Virus record (IMG/VR): IMGVR_UViG_3300044490_000250
Span: 15,559-79,558 of that record
Origin: a virus
Strand: one strand, 5' to 3'
DNA: 64,000 bases
Shown: positions 45,337 through 54,753 of the stretch, one piece after another
How the letters are laid out: every line of letters begins with the position of its first letter
Position numbering within the stretch: the first letter of the stretch is position 1
Translations under genes and position numbers: made by a program
Notes under the pieces: generated by a model
Told to the model about the DNA's origin: nothing
The model's input: only the letters and a program-made list of their open reading frames with translations
Database searches by the model: none

Positions 45337-47262
45337 CTACACAGGGTTGAGCGCCTGCTTCAGCTCACGCAAGCGGCGCTCCAAGAGGCTCAGCTTCTCG
45401 ACAGGGTTCATCTCGCGCAGACGCTGCGCCGCGGCGTCCGCGTCCACCCCAAACGTGTCCACCGCCCGCACCCGAGCCGGCCGCCGAACCGTCAGCACGT
45501 CCGGGCGAGCGTACAGGTGAACATGCAACGCAGCAGTCAGCGTGTCGTCGTGGGACCCCCGGCTGCCCCCCGGCGTGTACTCGTCCATCTCCTGCTCAAA
45601 CGGCTTGACCATCTGCCGGCAGTCCGACTCCGCCCCCACGTAGTACAGCAGCCCGGCGTCAATCACATCCGCCATGCCTTGCAGGTACTCTGCCTTGTTG
45701 GGCGGCATCGGCTGCTTGGTGAACGGCACGCCGAACTGCTGCTCCCAGTCCGTGGCGACCAAGTGCTGGAACACGTTGCTCTCGAACAGCACCTTATCCG
45801 GCGTGAACGCGTGCAGCCACTCCTTCAGGGTGGGCTTCAGAATCTTAACGGGGTCCCCTTGCCGCCGCCACAGCGCCACCAACACCCGACGCCCATCAGG
45901 GAACAGCACCCACAGCTCCAGCACGTTGTAGTCCCGCCGCTCCACTCGCTTCCCCGTCCCGCCAGCTGTCGCGTCCACAGACAGGAGCACCTGCGCGCCT
46001 GTCAAGTCGAAGCCTTGATCCGCGTACTGCTGCCACAGCCAGTGCACAGCGCTCGTCGGGCGCCCCACCCCCAACGACCACCTCCGCAGCCGCGGGCGGA
46101 ACGAGCCGTCCGACGCCGCTTGTCCATCCGCGCGGCAGCGATCGCGCAGCACCTCCAGCGGGAACAGCCGCGAAGAAGGATCGAGGGGCTGGTTCTGGCG
46201 CTCCGCCCAGAACGCGTTGGGCGACTTCAACCAGTCGATAAACAACTTGGGCGCCGACCAGAACTCCGGCCACAGCACCTTCGTGCGGCTGAAGTCCATC
46301 CTGGCTTCGTCCCCCGCTCGCCACTCCGTCCGACCATCGGGAGGCGGAGGGGGCCACGGCACCTCGTCGGTGTTCAGCACCGCCGGCTTACGCACAAACC
46401 TCCAGGTGCCCGTGCTCTGCGCCAACGCCTCGATGCGCTGGTAGGCATCGTCTGCGTGGTAGCTGGTCCCGATGACGAACATCACCCGGTTGTCGGCGTC
46501 AAGCCGAGCGTGCACCGTGTTCGTGATGAAGTCGAAGACCTCGAACCTGGACTTCTCGGTGGTAATATTGAGTTTGGTTACGGCATCGTCAACAATCGCC
46601 ACGTCCGCCCGGACCCCGACCACGTCCGAGGTCAGCCCAAACGCACGCAGGGTGGGGTTGGCTCTCCGCTTCGGCCGCTCCACCGTGGCCTTCTCGGTCG
46701 TCCAGCTGTCACCGGGCAGCGGCTTGTCTGGACGGAGGTAGCCGAACATTTCGATGAAGCGCTCGTTGGCCTCGATGTGACCAACCACACGCCCTACACG
46801 ATCGCTGGCAAAGTCAACCTTCGGACTGGCCATGAGGATGACGACACTGGGGTCACGCGCGATGAGCCACAACGGCAGTCCCACCGCAAACATCGTCGTC
46901 TTGAAGTGGCCCATCGGCTCCAGGTAGCACAGCTGGTACTCTGGCAGCAGGCTGGCCAAGCGACCCGCGGCGACCAACGCGGAAGCGTGCGGGGTCATCG
47001 CCTGCGCGGTGAACAGCGCGTTCGCCATGAACGCGGGCAGCACCTCAGGCCAGGGCTTGCTTTCCGCTTCCGACTCCTGCGGCAGCACAATGTGGTGGAA
47101 GAAGTACGGCAAGCTGGCGTGGCACATATAGACGTGCCGCTGGGTCACCTCGTCCAACGCGTACCAAGTGTTCGGCGTCCACCTGGGGTGCGCCAGCTGC
47201 ACGTCCCCCCACGGCCCAGGGACCACCAACGAGCCCTCGGGGTCAATGAGTTCCTGCTGCAT
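45337..47262 (-). CDS. terL: terminase large subunit
   Basis: PMGHFKTT (Walker A), VAIVDD (Walker B), VIGT, LWPE, SVD...RDY, FESN, HDDTL. Confidence 0.9.
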   Translation of the reverse strand: MQQELIDPEGSLVVPGPWGDVQLAHPRWTPNTWYALDEVTQRHVYMCHASLPYFFHHIVLPQESEAESKPWPEVLPAFMANALFTAQAMTPHASALVAAGRLASLLPEYQLCYLEPMGHFKTTMFAVGLPLWLIARDPSVVILMASPKVDFASDRVGRVVGHIEANERFIEMFGYLRPDKPLPGDSWTTEKATVERPKRRANPTLRAFGLTSDVVGVRADVAIVDDAVTKLNITTEKSRFEVFDFITNTVHARLDADNRVMFVIGTSYHADDAYQRIEALAQSTGTWRFVRKPAVLNTDEVPWPPPPPDGRTEWRAGDEARMDFSRTKVLWPEFWSAPKLFIDWLKSPNAFWAERQNQPLDPSSRLFPLEVLRDRCRADGQAASDGSFRPRLRRWSLGVGRPTSAVHWLWQQYADQGFDLTGAQVLLSVDATAGGTGKRVERRDYNVLELWVLFPDGRRVLVALWRRQGDPVKILKPTLKEWLHAFTPDKVLFESNVFQHLVATDWEQQFGVPFTKQPMPPNKAEYLQGMADVIDAGLLYYVGAESDCRQMVKPFEQEMDEYTPGGSRGSHDDTLTAALHVHLYARPDVLTVRRPARVRAVDTFGVDADAAAQRLREMNPVEKLSLLERRLRELKQALNPV

Positions 47263-47272
47263 CTGAGTCCGC

Positions 47273-47527
47273 CTACTCCGTCACCGCGATGCTGGGGTAC
47301 GCCCGCTTGACCATCCGCTTGACGTGCGCCACCAACTCCGGCAAACTCCCCGACCACCAGACGGGCTTCGCGTCGTACTGCGCCACTCGTGCCAGCGCGT
47401 TTCGAGCTCGGCCGATGGTGTCCAACGGGAAGTGGTCCTGCCCGTCTGTGACCTTCGCGTGGGACCTCGGACAAGCGAACGCTCCACCCTTCGCCGCCGC
47501 AACCTCTCGTAGCCGCTCGTAGACCAC
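47273..47527 (-). CDS. DUF6582-like small protein
   Basis: FACP...HFPLDTIGRARNALARVAQ motif. Confidence 0.55.
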   Translation of the reverse strand: MVYERLREVAAAKGGAFACPRSHAKVTDGQDHFPLDTIGRARNALARVAQYDAKPVWWSGSLPELVAHVKRMVKRAYPSIAVTE

Positions 47528-47528
47528 C

Positions 47529-48071
47529 CTACACCTCCTGCTCCGCAGCAACCGGAGGTGGAGCCGGCGCCGCTCCTTCCAGTGAGAACTCGCCCTCCAC
47601 GTCTTCCACCGTGACGTTCACCCTATGGGTCGACACCGCGAGTTTCTGTTGGCGCTCCCGTCTGGCCTCCGACTTCTCCCGCTGTCGCGTCCGCTCGCGC
47701 TCCCCGGCCTTCAGCTCCTTGTGCAGAGCCTGGACCGCCCGCATCGCTCGCGCCTCGCCTTCGGCGATCTCTGGGATGCCGTCCCCGGCCGCCTGCACTC
47801 GCTCACGCAGACGCGCGCCCACCTTGGCCGCCATCTCTCGCGTCGCCGCGCCTTGGTAGGAATCCACCAACGCCTGAAAGCCACCATGTCCAGCCAACGT
47901 CGCCAGAGCCGAGTCTGCGTCCACCCCCAGCTGCTCAGCGGCCTCTGCGACGGTGTACCCTTCATAGCCCACCAGTCGCGCGACTTCCTGCACAAGCCGA
48001 GGATCGTTCCCCAGGAACGGGGCCAGCGCCTCTTCGGCTAGGCTGCGCGCAAGCGTGTTGGTACTGTCCAC
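47529..48071 (-). CDS. putative terminase small subunit (HTH plus coil)
   Basis: GYTVAEAAEQLGVD HTH; position upstream of terL; GGAGG RBS. Confidence 0.55.
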   Translation of the reverse strand: MDSTNTLARSLAEEALAPFLGNDPRLVQEVARLVGYEGYTVAEAAEQLGVDADSALATLAGHGGFQALVDSYQGAATREMAAKVGARLRERVQAAGDGIPEIAEGEARAMRAVQALHKELKAGERERTRQREKSEARRERQQKLAVSTHRVNVTVEDVEGEFSLEGAAPAPPPVAAEQEV

Positions 48072-48430
48072 CCGTTATCCTCCAGCACGTCTATCAGATC
48101 GAAGAACTCCACGCCATCCTCCGACACGGCCCGCGGCGCCGTCCGCACCAAGTCGAAGCACCGCAACTGCGCCCGTGTCGCCCAGCGGAGCACCGACCAC
48201 AAGTCACGCAAGTCCACCCGCGTGCGGGCAGTCGTAAACGTCCGCGCCTGCCACAGCATGAACCACAGGTCGCTGACCCCAACGAGCTGCGCCGCGTCCT
48301 TGACACCCATCAGGTAGGTCGGTGCGGTCGACGCCTCCACCCGAGCGAGCAGCTCATTCGCCACCCTACACCCCGCTGTCACCGGCGGCAGCGGCCCCGT
48401 CCGAATCAGGTCCTGTGCTTGCACCTTCAA
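48038..48430 (-). CDS. hypothetical protein (HTH-like)
   Basis: MGVKDAAQLVGVS; start uncertain. Confidence 0.45.
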   Translation of the reverse strand: MKVQAQDLIRTGPLPPVTAGCRVANELLARVEASTAPTYLMGVKDAAQLVGVSDLWFMLWQARTFTTARTRVDLRDLWSVLRWATRAQLRCFDLVRTAPRAVSEDGVEFFDLIDVLEDNGWTVPTRLRAA

Positions 48431-48740
48431 GGACCTCCGCGATCTGGTGTAAACACGTAGACGCTACATGCTCGCGGACGTTGTCCCCCTGCTGGCACGC
48501 CAGCCCCTTCAACTCATCCGCGATCTCGTGCTTCGTAAAGCCCGCCCTCAACATCAACGACGCAAGCCGGCTCACCGCCTCCGCCCACGTGGCCACGCAG
48601 CCCCCCGCCTTCCCGAAGACCAGCCGCACGTCCAGCAGACCATCGGGGTCGCGGCCCAGGATCACATAGACCTTGCCACACGGTGTCACGACCCGTGCCG
48701 TGTTCGCCGGAAACGTCTCAGGCTTGTGTCTCAACTCCAC
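48366..48740 (-). CDS. stand-alone TSCPD domain (class II RNR C-terminal-like)
   Basis: TPCGKVYV, GKAGGC, EAVSRLASLMLRAG, ELKGLAC, STCLHQIA. Confidence 0.8.
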   Translation of the reverse strand: MELRHKPETFPANTARVVTPCGKVYVILGRDPDGLLDVRLVFGKAGGCVATWAEAVSRLASLMLRAGFTKHEIADELKGLACQQGDNVREHVASTCLHQIAEVLEGASTGPDSDGAAAAGDSGV

Positions 48741-49313
48741 TTAGCCCAGCACCCCGCTAGTGATGACTCTGACGGCCGCTCGAAAGTCGGGCACCCACAA
48801 GTCGGGCAGTGCAAGACCCACTGCCGGCACGGGCGTTCGCCCCTGCTGGCGGTACCCAAAGCGCCCCACCGCACACGTCTTCACCCCCACTGTCCACCCC
48901 GCCTGCACGTCACTCCACTGATCCCCCACCATCCACACCATCTCCGAGCACACCCCAACCGTCTTGATCGCGTCCCACAGCAACGCGGCTTTGGGCTTGC
49001 GGCAGTTGCACCCCTCATCGCGGCGATGACCACAGACATAGACAGAGACATCCCCTCTGAGCAACTCCGCACACACCTGCGCCACGCCACCCACCCAGCG
49101 CGCCACGTCCGCAGCCGAGCAACCATCCGGCCACAAGTCCTCCGGCTGGTTGGTAACGATCGCCAACCCCCACCCCAGCGCCCCCAGCTCCTCCACCGCC
49201 TCCGCCACCCACGGCAGGAACTCCCACTCCGAGCAAGCTACTTGGTCTGGGATCAACGTCCCGTTGAGGTCCGCCAGTAGCAGATTAGGTGTCGTCTCCA
49301 AGGTGGCCCCCAT
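48741..49313 (-). CDS. gmhB: GmhB/HisB-type HAD-IIIA phosphatase (heptose-1,7-bisphosphate phosphatase-like)
   Basis: DLNGTL, IVTNQ, CGH...CNCRKP, MVGDQWSDVQAG. Confidence 0.8.
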   Translation of the reverse strand: MGATLETTPNLLLADLNGTLIPDQVACSEWEFLPWVAEAVEELGALGWGLAIVTNQPEDLWPDGCSAADVARWVGGVAQVCAELLRGDVSVYVCGHRRDEGCNCRKPKAALLWDAIKTVGVCSEMVWMVGDQWSDVQAGWTVGVKTCAVGRFGYRQQGRTPVPAVGLALPDLWVPDFRAAVRVITSGVLG

Positions 49314-49575
49314 CTTCCATGATCCCCAGCAACGACTCGACACACGCCCGAACAGCGTCCCCCCGACGCAGCGTCGCCCCCACCACCTCCGTCGACCCTG
49401 AACACACACTCACCCGCAGCGAGCGACGAGGCAGCGCACGGGTACGCACACAGAACCCGCTCGCTAGGATACGGGCCCAACACCCTCGCCACTCGTCGCC
49501 TACCTCACACCGCCGAGGAGAACCGTTGTGGTCAACTACGATCTGCATAAGAGCCACCAACAGGAAGGTACCCAC
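49285..49575 (-). CDS. hypothetical Cys-containing protein
   Basis: Fills the operon gap on the minus strand. Confidence 0.4.
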   Translation of the reverse strand: MGTFLLVALMQIVVDHNGSPRRCEVGDEWRGCWARILASGFCVRTRALPRRSLRVSVCSGSTEVVGATLRRGDAVRACVESLLGIMEDGGHLGDDT

Positions 49576-49587
49576 CCACCGCCCAAG

Positions 49588-49941
49588 CTAAGCAACCGAC
49601 GCCTCACGCTCAGCCTTCGCGGCCTTTCCATCAGAAGTCACGGCGTCGTACCGCTGGGCGTCAGACTGCCTGTGCACAAACCCACACCAACTGCAGCGCC
49701 CCATCACCACCGCTGGCGCGCAGAACCCGGGCCTTCGTTGCCGTTCGTCGGCCGCAGTGGGGTCCCCCGCAAAGCAGACGCCGCACGCTTCAAAGCGCGG
49801 GCTACGCTCGCTGGGCTTGCCGTTCGCCAGCGCCAACACAACCTCCACCGAGGTTGGTGTGGGTCTCCCAACCACCACCCAGTGCTCACTGCTGTGTGTG
49901 CGTACCTGCACTGTCCGCATCGCGACCCTCCTCTGAATCAC
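49588..49941 (-). CDS. hypothetical protein with CxxC motifs
   Basis: CGVC...CSWCG. Confidence 0.45.
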   Translation of the reverse strand: MIQRRVAMRTVQVRTHSSEHWVVVGRPTPTSVEVVLALANGKPSERSPRFEACGVCFAGDPTAADERQRRPGFCAPAVVMGRCSWCGFVHRQSDAQRYDAVTSDGKAAKAEREASVA

Positions 49942-50579
49942 ACTTCACGGTACGGCTCCAACACTGCAACCATCCGCTGCCGGTCGGGGACCCCCAAGTA
50001 GCGACGGGAGCTGTAGTAGTCAGCTTCCTGCAGACACAGCGCCGCGATCTCGGGCCCCCCTGAACCCGCCTCCACCCCTCCCATCTGCGCGGCCGCCGCG
50101 AAGTACAACGGGGACCGCGGCGCGTCGGCCGTCCACGCACCGTAGTGCCAGCGGATCGCGTAGCAGGCCCCCTCTAGCAAACGGGCTGCCGCGGCGCTCT
50201 CCCCCAACGACGGGCGCTCCGCCCAGACCCGCTCCGATCCGATGCGGGGGTGGTCGCGTCGAGTGTAAGGGCCCCACTCGGGGTAGCCGTTCTTGCAGAG
50301 ATCGTGCAGCAGGCCCGCGCACAGCACCACGTCCACCATGTCTCTCGGCACCTCGCCCGTTCCGTAGTAACGGCGGAGTGCGTCCACCGCACTCACCGCC
50401 ACCACCCCGGTGTGGCGAACGAGGCCCATCACCCCACAGTCGTACTCCGGGTGGTACTTGCCCGTGCTGCTCGCCGGCGCCACCCAGAACTGTGGGTCCG
50501 CTTCGTCCAACAAGCGACGCGTCAGCGCCCGCAGAGGAGGACTCCCAATGTGGTCCGCGATGAAGTGCAGGTCAAGCAT
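49938..50579 (-). CDS. HD-domain phosphohydrolase (YhaM-like)
   Basis: APASSTGKYH, GLVRHT, LLHDLCK, RWHYG, ADYYSS. Confidence 0.85.
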   Translation of the reverse strand: MLDLHFIADHIGSPPLRALTRRLLDEADPQFWVAPASSTGKYHPEYDCGVMGLVRHTGVVAVSAVDALRRYYGTGEVPRDMVDVVLCAGLLHDLCKNGYPEWGPYTRRDHPRIGSERVWAERPSLGESAAAARLLEGACYAIRWHYGAWTADAPRSPLYFAAAAQMGGVEAGSGGPEIAALCLQEADYYSSRRYLGVPDRQRMVAVLEPYREV

Positions 50580-51189
50580 CCGAGCGCCCTCGCTTTCGCG
50601 CCACCCAGAGGTAGCTGTGGTTCTTCCTGGAGGTCTTCTGGTAGTCGTGCCTCATGCACGGCTGCGTCGTTTGCACCAACACACGCAGGTCGACCACCTC
50701 GAAGTCCAGCAGTTCCAGTATCTGAAGCACCTCCACGTGCGACCACTGCTGCTTGCCCCCAACCGTCTCGTCTTGGCACTTGACCAGCAATACCCCACGG
50801 CGGCGCAGCACCCGCTTCGCCTCGACCAGCCCGACCATGTACCGCTCCACCACGGCCGCGTGAGAGTGGTCGGTCGAGGCGTTCCGGTAGCGGCAGTTGA
50901 TGGAGGCCTTGACCGTGTCGCCCCCGTGCATGTACGGGGGGTCAAAGATGACAACCGGGACCGAACCGTCAGCGTAGGGCAAGCACCGAAAGTCGGCGAC
51001 TACGTGACACCCGTTCCGAGGCGCGAGGTCGCTGCCGACTGGACGCCAACGCGACAGGTCCACCCCTCGCCAGAACACACCATCCCCCCACGTCACGTCC
51101 GCCACCCAACCCTCAGGGGCGTGAATCTCCAACGTGGACGGCAACAGCTCAGCGTTCGTCCCAATCACCGCAGAGAGCGCAGGAGTCAT
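50572..51189 (-). CDS. small SAM-dependent DNA methyltransferase-like protein
   Basis: VADVTWGDGVFW, IFDPPY, RVLRRRGVLLVKCQD. Confidence 0.8.
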   Translation of the reverse strand: MTPALSAVIGTNAELLPSTLEIHAPEGWVADVTWGDGVFWRGVDLSRWRPVGSDLAPRNGCHVVADFRCLPYADGSVPVVIFDPPYMHGGDTVKASINCRYRNASTDHSHAAVVERYMVGLVEAKRVLRRRGVLLVKCQDETVGGKQQWSHVEVLQILELLDFEVVDLRVLVQTTQPCMRHDYQKTSRKNHSYLWVARKRGRSDA

Positions 51190-51677
51190 ACGGCCCCCTC
51201 CACCATCAGCTGGCGCGCTTGGCGCAGCCACAGATGCACACTTTGGCGTGACACCCCAAACACCCGACCCACCTCCCCCCGCGTGTACCCCAACCCAGTG
51301 AGACCCACCGCCGCGCGCACCCGTCCCGGCAGCGCCCTCGTGGCGCCCGCCGCCTGCATCAACTCCAACCGCGCTGGCGCGCTGCCCGCCCCTGCCAGCC
51401 GCTGAGGCAGCGAGAAGCACCGCCCACGGGCGCGTATTGCCCGCAGCATCGAGATGGTCACACTCTCGACAACCCGACCTACCCAGGTGAGAAACGACCC
51501 ACGCCGAGGATCAAACGTGCTGAAGTACCGAGCCACCCACGACAACGTCTCCCCCAACACCTCGTCGGGGTCCAAGCCCCGCAGCGATGCCCGGCATCGC
51601 ACTCGCCAGCGTATGGCATCCCAGTGTTGCTGAACCAGACGGTCGAGACAGACCCGCTGCGTATCTGTCAACTGCAT
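51186..51677 (-). CDS. ECF-type RNA polymerase sigma factor
   Basis: Region 2 FSTFDPRRGSFLTWV; region 4 GYTRGEVGRVFGVSRQSV; AGGAGG RBS. Confidence 0.75.
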   Translation of the reverse strand: MQLTDTQRVCLDRLVQQHWDAIRWRVRCRASLRGLDPDEVLGETLSWVARYFSTFDPRRGSFLTWVGRVVESVTISMLRAIRARGRCFSLPQRLAGAGSAPARLELMQAAGATRALPGRVRAAVGLTGLGYTRGEVGRVFGVSRQSVHLWLRQARQLMVEGAV

Positions 51678-51705
51678 GTCCACCCTCCTGTTCGAGTGAC
51701 GCCCC

Positions 51706-51734
51706 ACACTACCACAACCCACAAGGCGTGTCAA
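51706..51734 (-). promoter_or_regulatory. sigma70-type promoter for the sigma-factor operon
   Basis: TTGACA-17 bp-TAGTGT with TGn extended -10. Confidence 0.7.
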
Positions 51735-52738
51735 GCCCCATCCGCCCACGACGAAACCCGCTCCCCGCCCGTCTCTAGCTGGTAGTAGCGTGGATGGTGG
51801 ATCGGCAAGCCCGTCGAGCACGCACGCAACACACAATCGATGTCGTTCTCCGAGTACCCCAGCCCTCGCAGAACACCCTCCAGGACAGCGTACAACGTCT
51901 CCGGCGAGTAGGCATCCACCGCCACCCAGCAGTCTACCTGCGTTTTTGGTGCGCTCACTCGTACCAACACGGTCCGGCCGACGAGAGACGCCCTGACGGT
52001 GACCGGCACCACGACTTCCTTGGCCGAAGGCAGCAAGTGCGTATCCACCATATCACCTCACCACCAGCAGGATGGTCGCGACCGCGATGCCCACGACGAA
52101 CAACACCAGCGCCAGGGCGCTCAGTATCCCCACGAACGCCCGCAGGCCATCGGCCTCGTCCTGCACCCACTGCGCGAACTCCTCATCCGTCAGTCCGTGG
52201 CGCTTGCACATCGGTCAGCCCTCCTTCACCCGTCTTCGGTCCATCTGCACCATGCCCCTCGTCCGGCGCGACTTCCGCCAGCGGGCCAGCACGTTCCGCG
52301 CAGTGTCGATGGTGGCATAGGACTTCATGGGGGTCCATCTCTGCACCTCACCATCCGGCCTCCGCACCATGACATCCCAGCACCAGCCCGGCATTCCGGC
52401 GTCGGGGAACACTCTCTCTTGGATGATCTTCCCGTCAATCGGGGTGCTGCTCACTCCGCACCTCCCGCAGCCATCTCGCATCCACGGTTGTAGCCGTCTT
52501 TATAGCCCTCGTTGTTGGCCTCGGAGAGGCACTTCTCGCAGGGCTCAATCATGATTTGTGGCATCCAAGGGTTGAGGTCCGATCTCATGTCCACGTTGCT
52601 GCCCATTGGCCCCCCGCACTTCGCGCAAACCGCCTCGAACTCAACGTCAATCCTCGGCATTGGGCACCTCTCCTCCCGCCGCCCTCTCGGCGGCGATCTC
52701 TGCCATTCGCACATCACCCGCCGACTGGATCAGGGGAT

Positions 52739-53362
52739 TCATCCTCCAGAAGACAGACCCCCCCCCGGACGTTCATGCGCCATGCGCTTTGCCATCGCCA
52801 CCGTTGCTTCGGGCAACGGACCCTTGCAGGGGTTGGGCCACATCCGCGCGACTTCGGCGTAAGGCAGCGGGCCAGAGGGTTCCTCTGGCGCTTCGTGACA
52901 CCGGCACGAGCAGCCGGGCGGCTGGTACAGCGCGGGGGGCGGGCTCGTAGAGCCGGACGAACGGTGCATCGGTTCCGCCCTCTGCCAAGGCCCCTCCGTC
53001 GCCGTGTCCGAAACGTGGCCCAGTAGCGCATCCTCCAAGGCTCGGAGGTCCACCACGCGCGGCTGAAGGGCATACCTCGGCTCCTGCTCGGGCAGCAGGG
53101 TGCCGAACGCGGCAGCGAGGTCCGCGTCCGTTACCTTGGGCACCGGCTCCGACTCGCGCAGGTCCCGCAGGCGGGCCGACTTCGCGCGTTCCTCGGCAAG
53201 CTGCTTCCGTAGTTCGTCGGCCTGCCTCTCCAACGACTCGCAACCAGGGCAGCCTAGCCCCAGCATCGCCGCCCACACCCTCCGGCCCCACCGGCGCAGG
53301 CGGTCCTCCCACGTCAGTTCGGCCTCCAACTCCAGCAGGTCGAGTTCGCTAGTCTTGCTCAT
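52739..53362 (-). CDS. hypothetical protein
   Basis: AAGGAG RBS; coiled-coil segment; part of a coupled small-gene run (about 51.8-53.6 kb). Confidence 0.5.
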   Translation of the reverse strand: MSKTSELDLLELEAELTWEDRLRRWGRRVWAAMLGLGCPGCESLERQADELRKQLAEERAKSARLRDLRESEPVPKVTDADLAAAFGTLLPEQEPRYALQPRVVDLRALEDALLGHVSDTATEGPWQRAEPMHRSSGSTSPPPALYQPPGCSCRCHEAPEEPSGPLPYAEVARMWPNPCKGPLPEATVAMAKRMAHERPGGGLSSGG

Positions 53363-53618
53363 GTCGGCGTCTCCTTCGCCTTTTGGACCTGCACCTGTGC
53401 TTGCTCGCCCGCATCATACCCCTGCCAGAAACAACGGGTACCTATCTCGCTGCCAACACAGTCCTCGGGAACCCCGAGGAAACCGAACGCAAACCCGTAA
53501 CACCAGTCCATCCGATAGCAGTCCTTGGTATACGATATGTACGAGTCGTCATCTTTCCGTTCCCGGTATGGGCAATGCCTCTCGCCCAGTTTCACGGTAG
53601 CACTCCATATCTTCTCGT

Positions 53619-54182
53619 TCACGGCAGCTTCCCCTCTCGGTACGCCCTCGCGATTACAGTCCGGTGTCGGGCATCTGTCCGCGCGAAGCGCCCCCCGCCC
53701 CAGTCTCGCGGGGCAGACGGCAAGAACACGTACTCGCAGTTTCGCCGTTCGTGGTAGCCCAGCCGGTACCCAAGCCGCGCCTCTGCTACGTGGTGCCGGA
53801 TGTTCGCGCCGGGCTCCAGCACCAGTGGCCAGGCCTTCACGTCCATTGGACCCGCGCAGTTCCCTGGCGCGATACCACCGACGCGGAGCCCGAAGTCCGC
53901 ACCGCCATAGACGAGGCTCCACCACCAGTGCGCCGCGAAGTCCCGGTTCCCGCGCTTCTCGTGCTCAGCGAGCAGCGTCCCGCACCAAGGGTAGAACCCC
54001 GAGTTCGGGTAGCACTCCCGTACTATCAGGCGGCACTTGGCGAGGGCGAATTGGTTCGCGACCTCCGCCCCTCGCGCCCGGCCGCACGGCCAGAGGAGGC
54101 ACACCAGCGCCACCGCCAGAGCAAGGCAGGCTGCGGCTCCGAACGCCGGCGAGCGAGGGGACGGCTCAGGCAGTCGGATCAT
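53619..54182 (-). CDS. secreted protein with degenerate lytic-transglycosylase-like motifs
   Basis: Signal-peptide-like N-terminus; SLVYGGADF, AGPMDV, EPGANI. Confidence 0.45.
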   Translation of the reverse strand: MIRLPEPSPRSPAFGAAACLALAVALVCLLWPCGRARGAEVANQFALAKCRLIVRECYPNSGFYPWCGTLLAEHEKRGNRDFAAHWWWSLVYGGADFGLRVGGIAPGNCAGPMDVKAWPLVLEPGANIRHHVAEARLGYRLGYHERRNCEYVFLPSAPRDWGGGRFARTDARHRTVIARAYREGKLP

Positions 54183-54753
54183 CGGGTTCTCCCTCCAGCT
54201 TCGCGATTCCCACGCGCTTCAGAAGCCAAAGCACCTCAGAGGCTTGACCTACCGAGCAGCGGAAGACGAAGGACACATCCCCGTCGCTGGTAGGGCTCGC
54301 GACTCCGCCGATACGATCGCTGATGCCGTTACCTCCCGCAAGGCCAAGCCCTTGAGCGACTAGGAGGAGCGCCGCTCTCGCTGCATTGTACCGCTCTTTC
54401 TCTTCTGCCTGTGTGGCCAACTTCGCCTCGCTGGCCCGCAGGCTACGCTCGATCTTGTCGGCGATCTTCTGCCAATCAAACCCCTCTTTCCCAGACTTGA
54501 AGGTCTGCCTCCGGTCGTGCGATGATGCAACCTCGATCTCGAAGTCCGGCCGCCCACGCCCCCAGATGTTCGAGTGTGGCGCGTGAAGGTAGACGGAGAC
54601 AGATGCCCTGTGCCCCTCGCGGACGGCCCTGCGCGTGTAGGCGAAGCCCCCATCATCTACGAGCGCAATCCCCCTCGCACCCAACACCTCGGCAAGCGTT
54701 CCCCAGCGAACGTTGCACTCACGAACGTAGTCTGCAGTCCCGTCGTTGGTCAT
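54166..54753 (-). CDS. hypothetical protein
   Basis: GAGGAG RBS; ATGA overlap with the upstream gene. Confidence 0.55.
   Translation of the reverse strand: MTNDGTADYVRECNVRWGTLAEVLGARGIALVDDGGFAYTRRAVREGHRASVSVYLHAPHSNIWGRGRPDFEIEVASSHDRRQTFKSGKEGFDWQKIADKIERSLRASEAKLATQAEEKERYNAARAALLLVAQGLGLAGGNGISDRIGGVASPTSDGDVSFVFRCSVGQASEVLWLLKRVGIAKLEGEPDDPTA

Noticed and set aside
45130-47310. 726-aa plus-strand ORF, and similar long antisense ORFs (40625..42031, 39420..40622, 56103..57464, 30626..31828)
   Set aside because: Shadow ORFs opposite motif-bearing genes in high-GC DNA; R/P/H-rich with no motifs or RBS.
52758-52766. C9 tract as a phase-variation site
   Set aside because: Short for this GC content and at the extreme C-terminus of a hypothetical gene.
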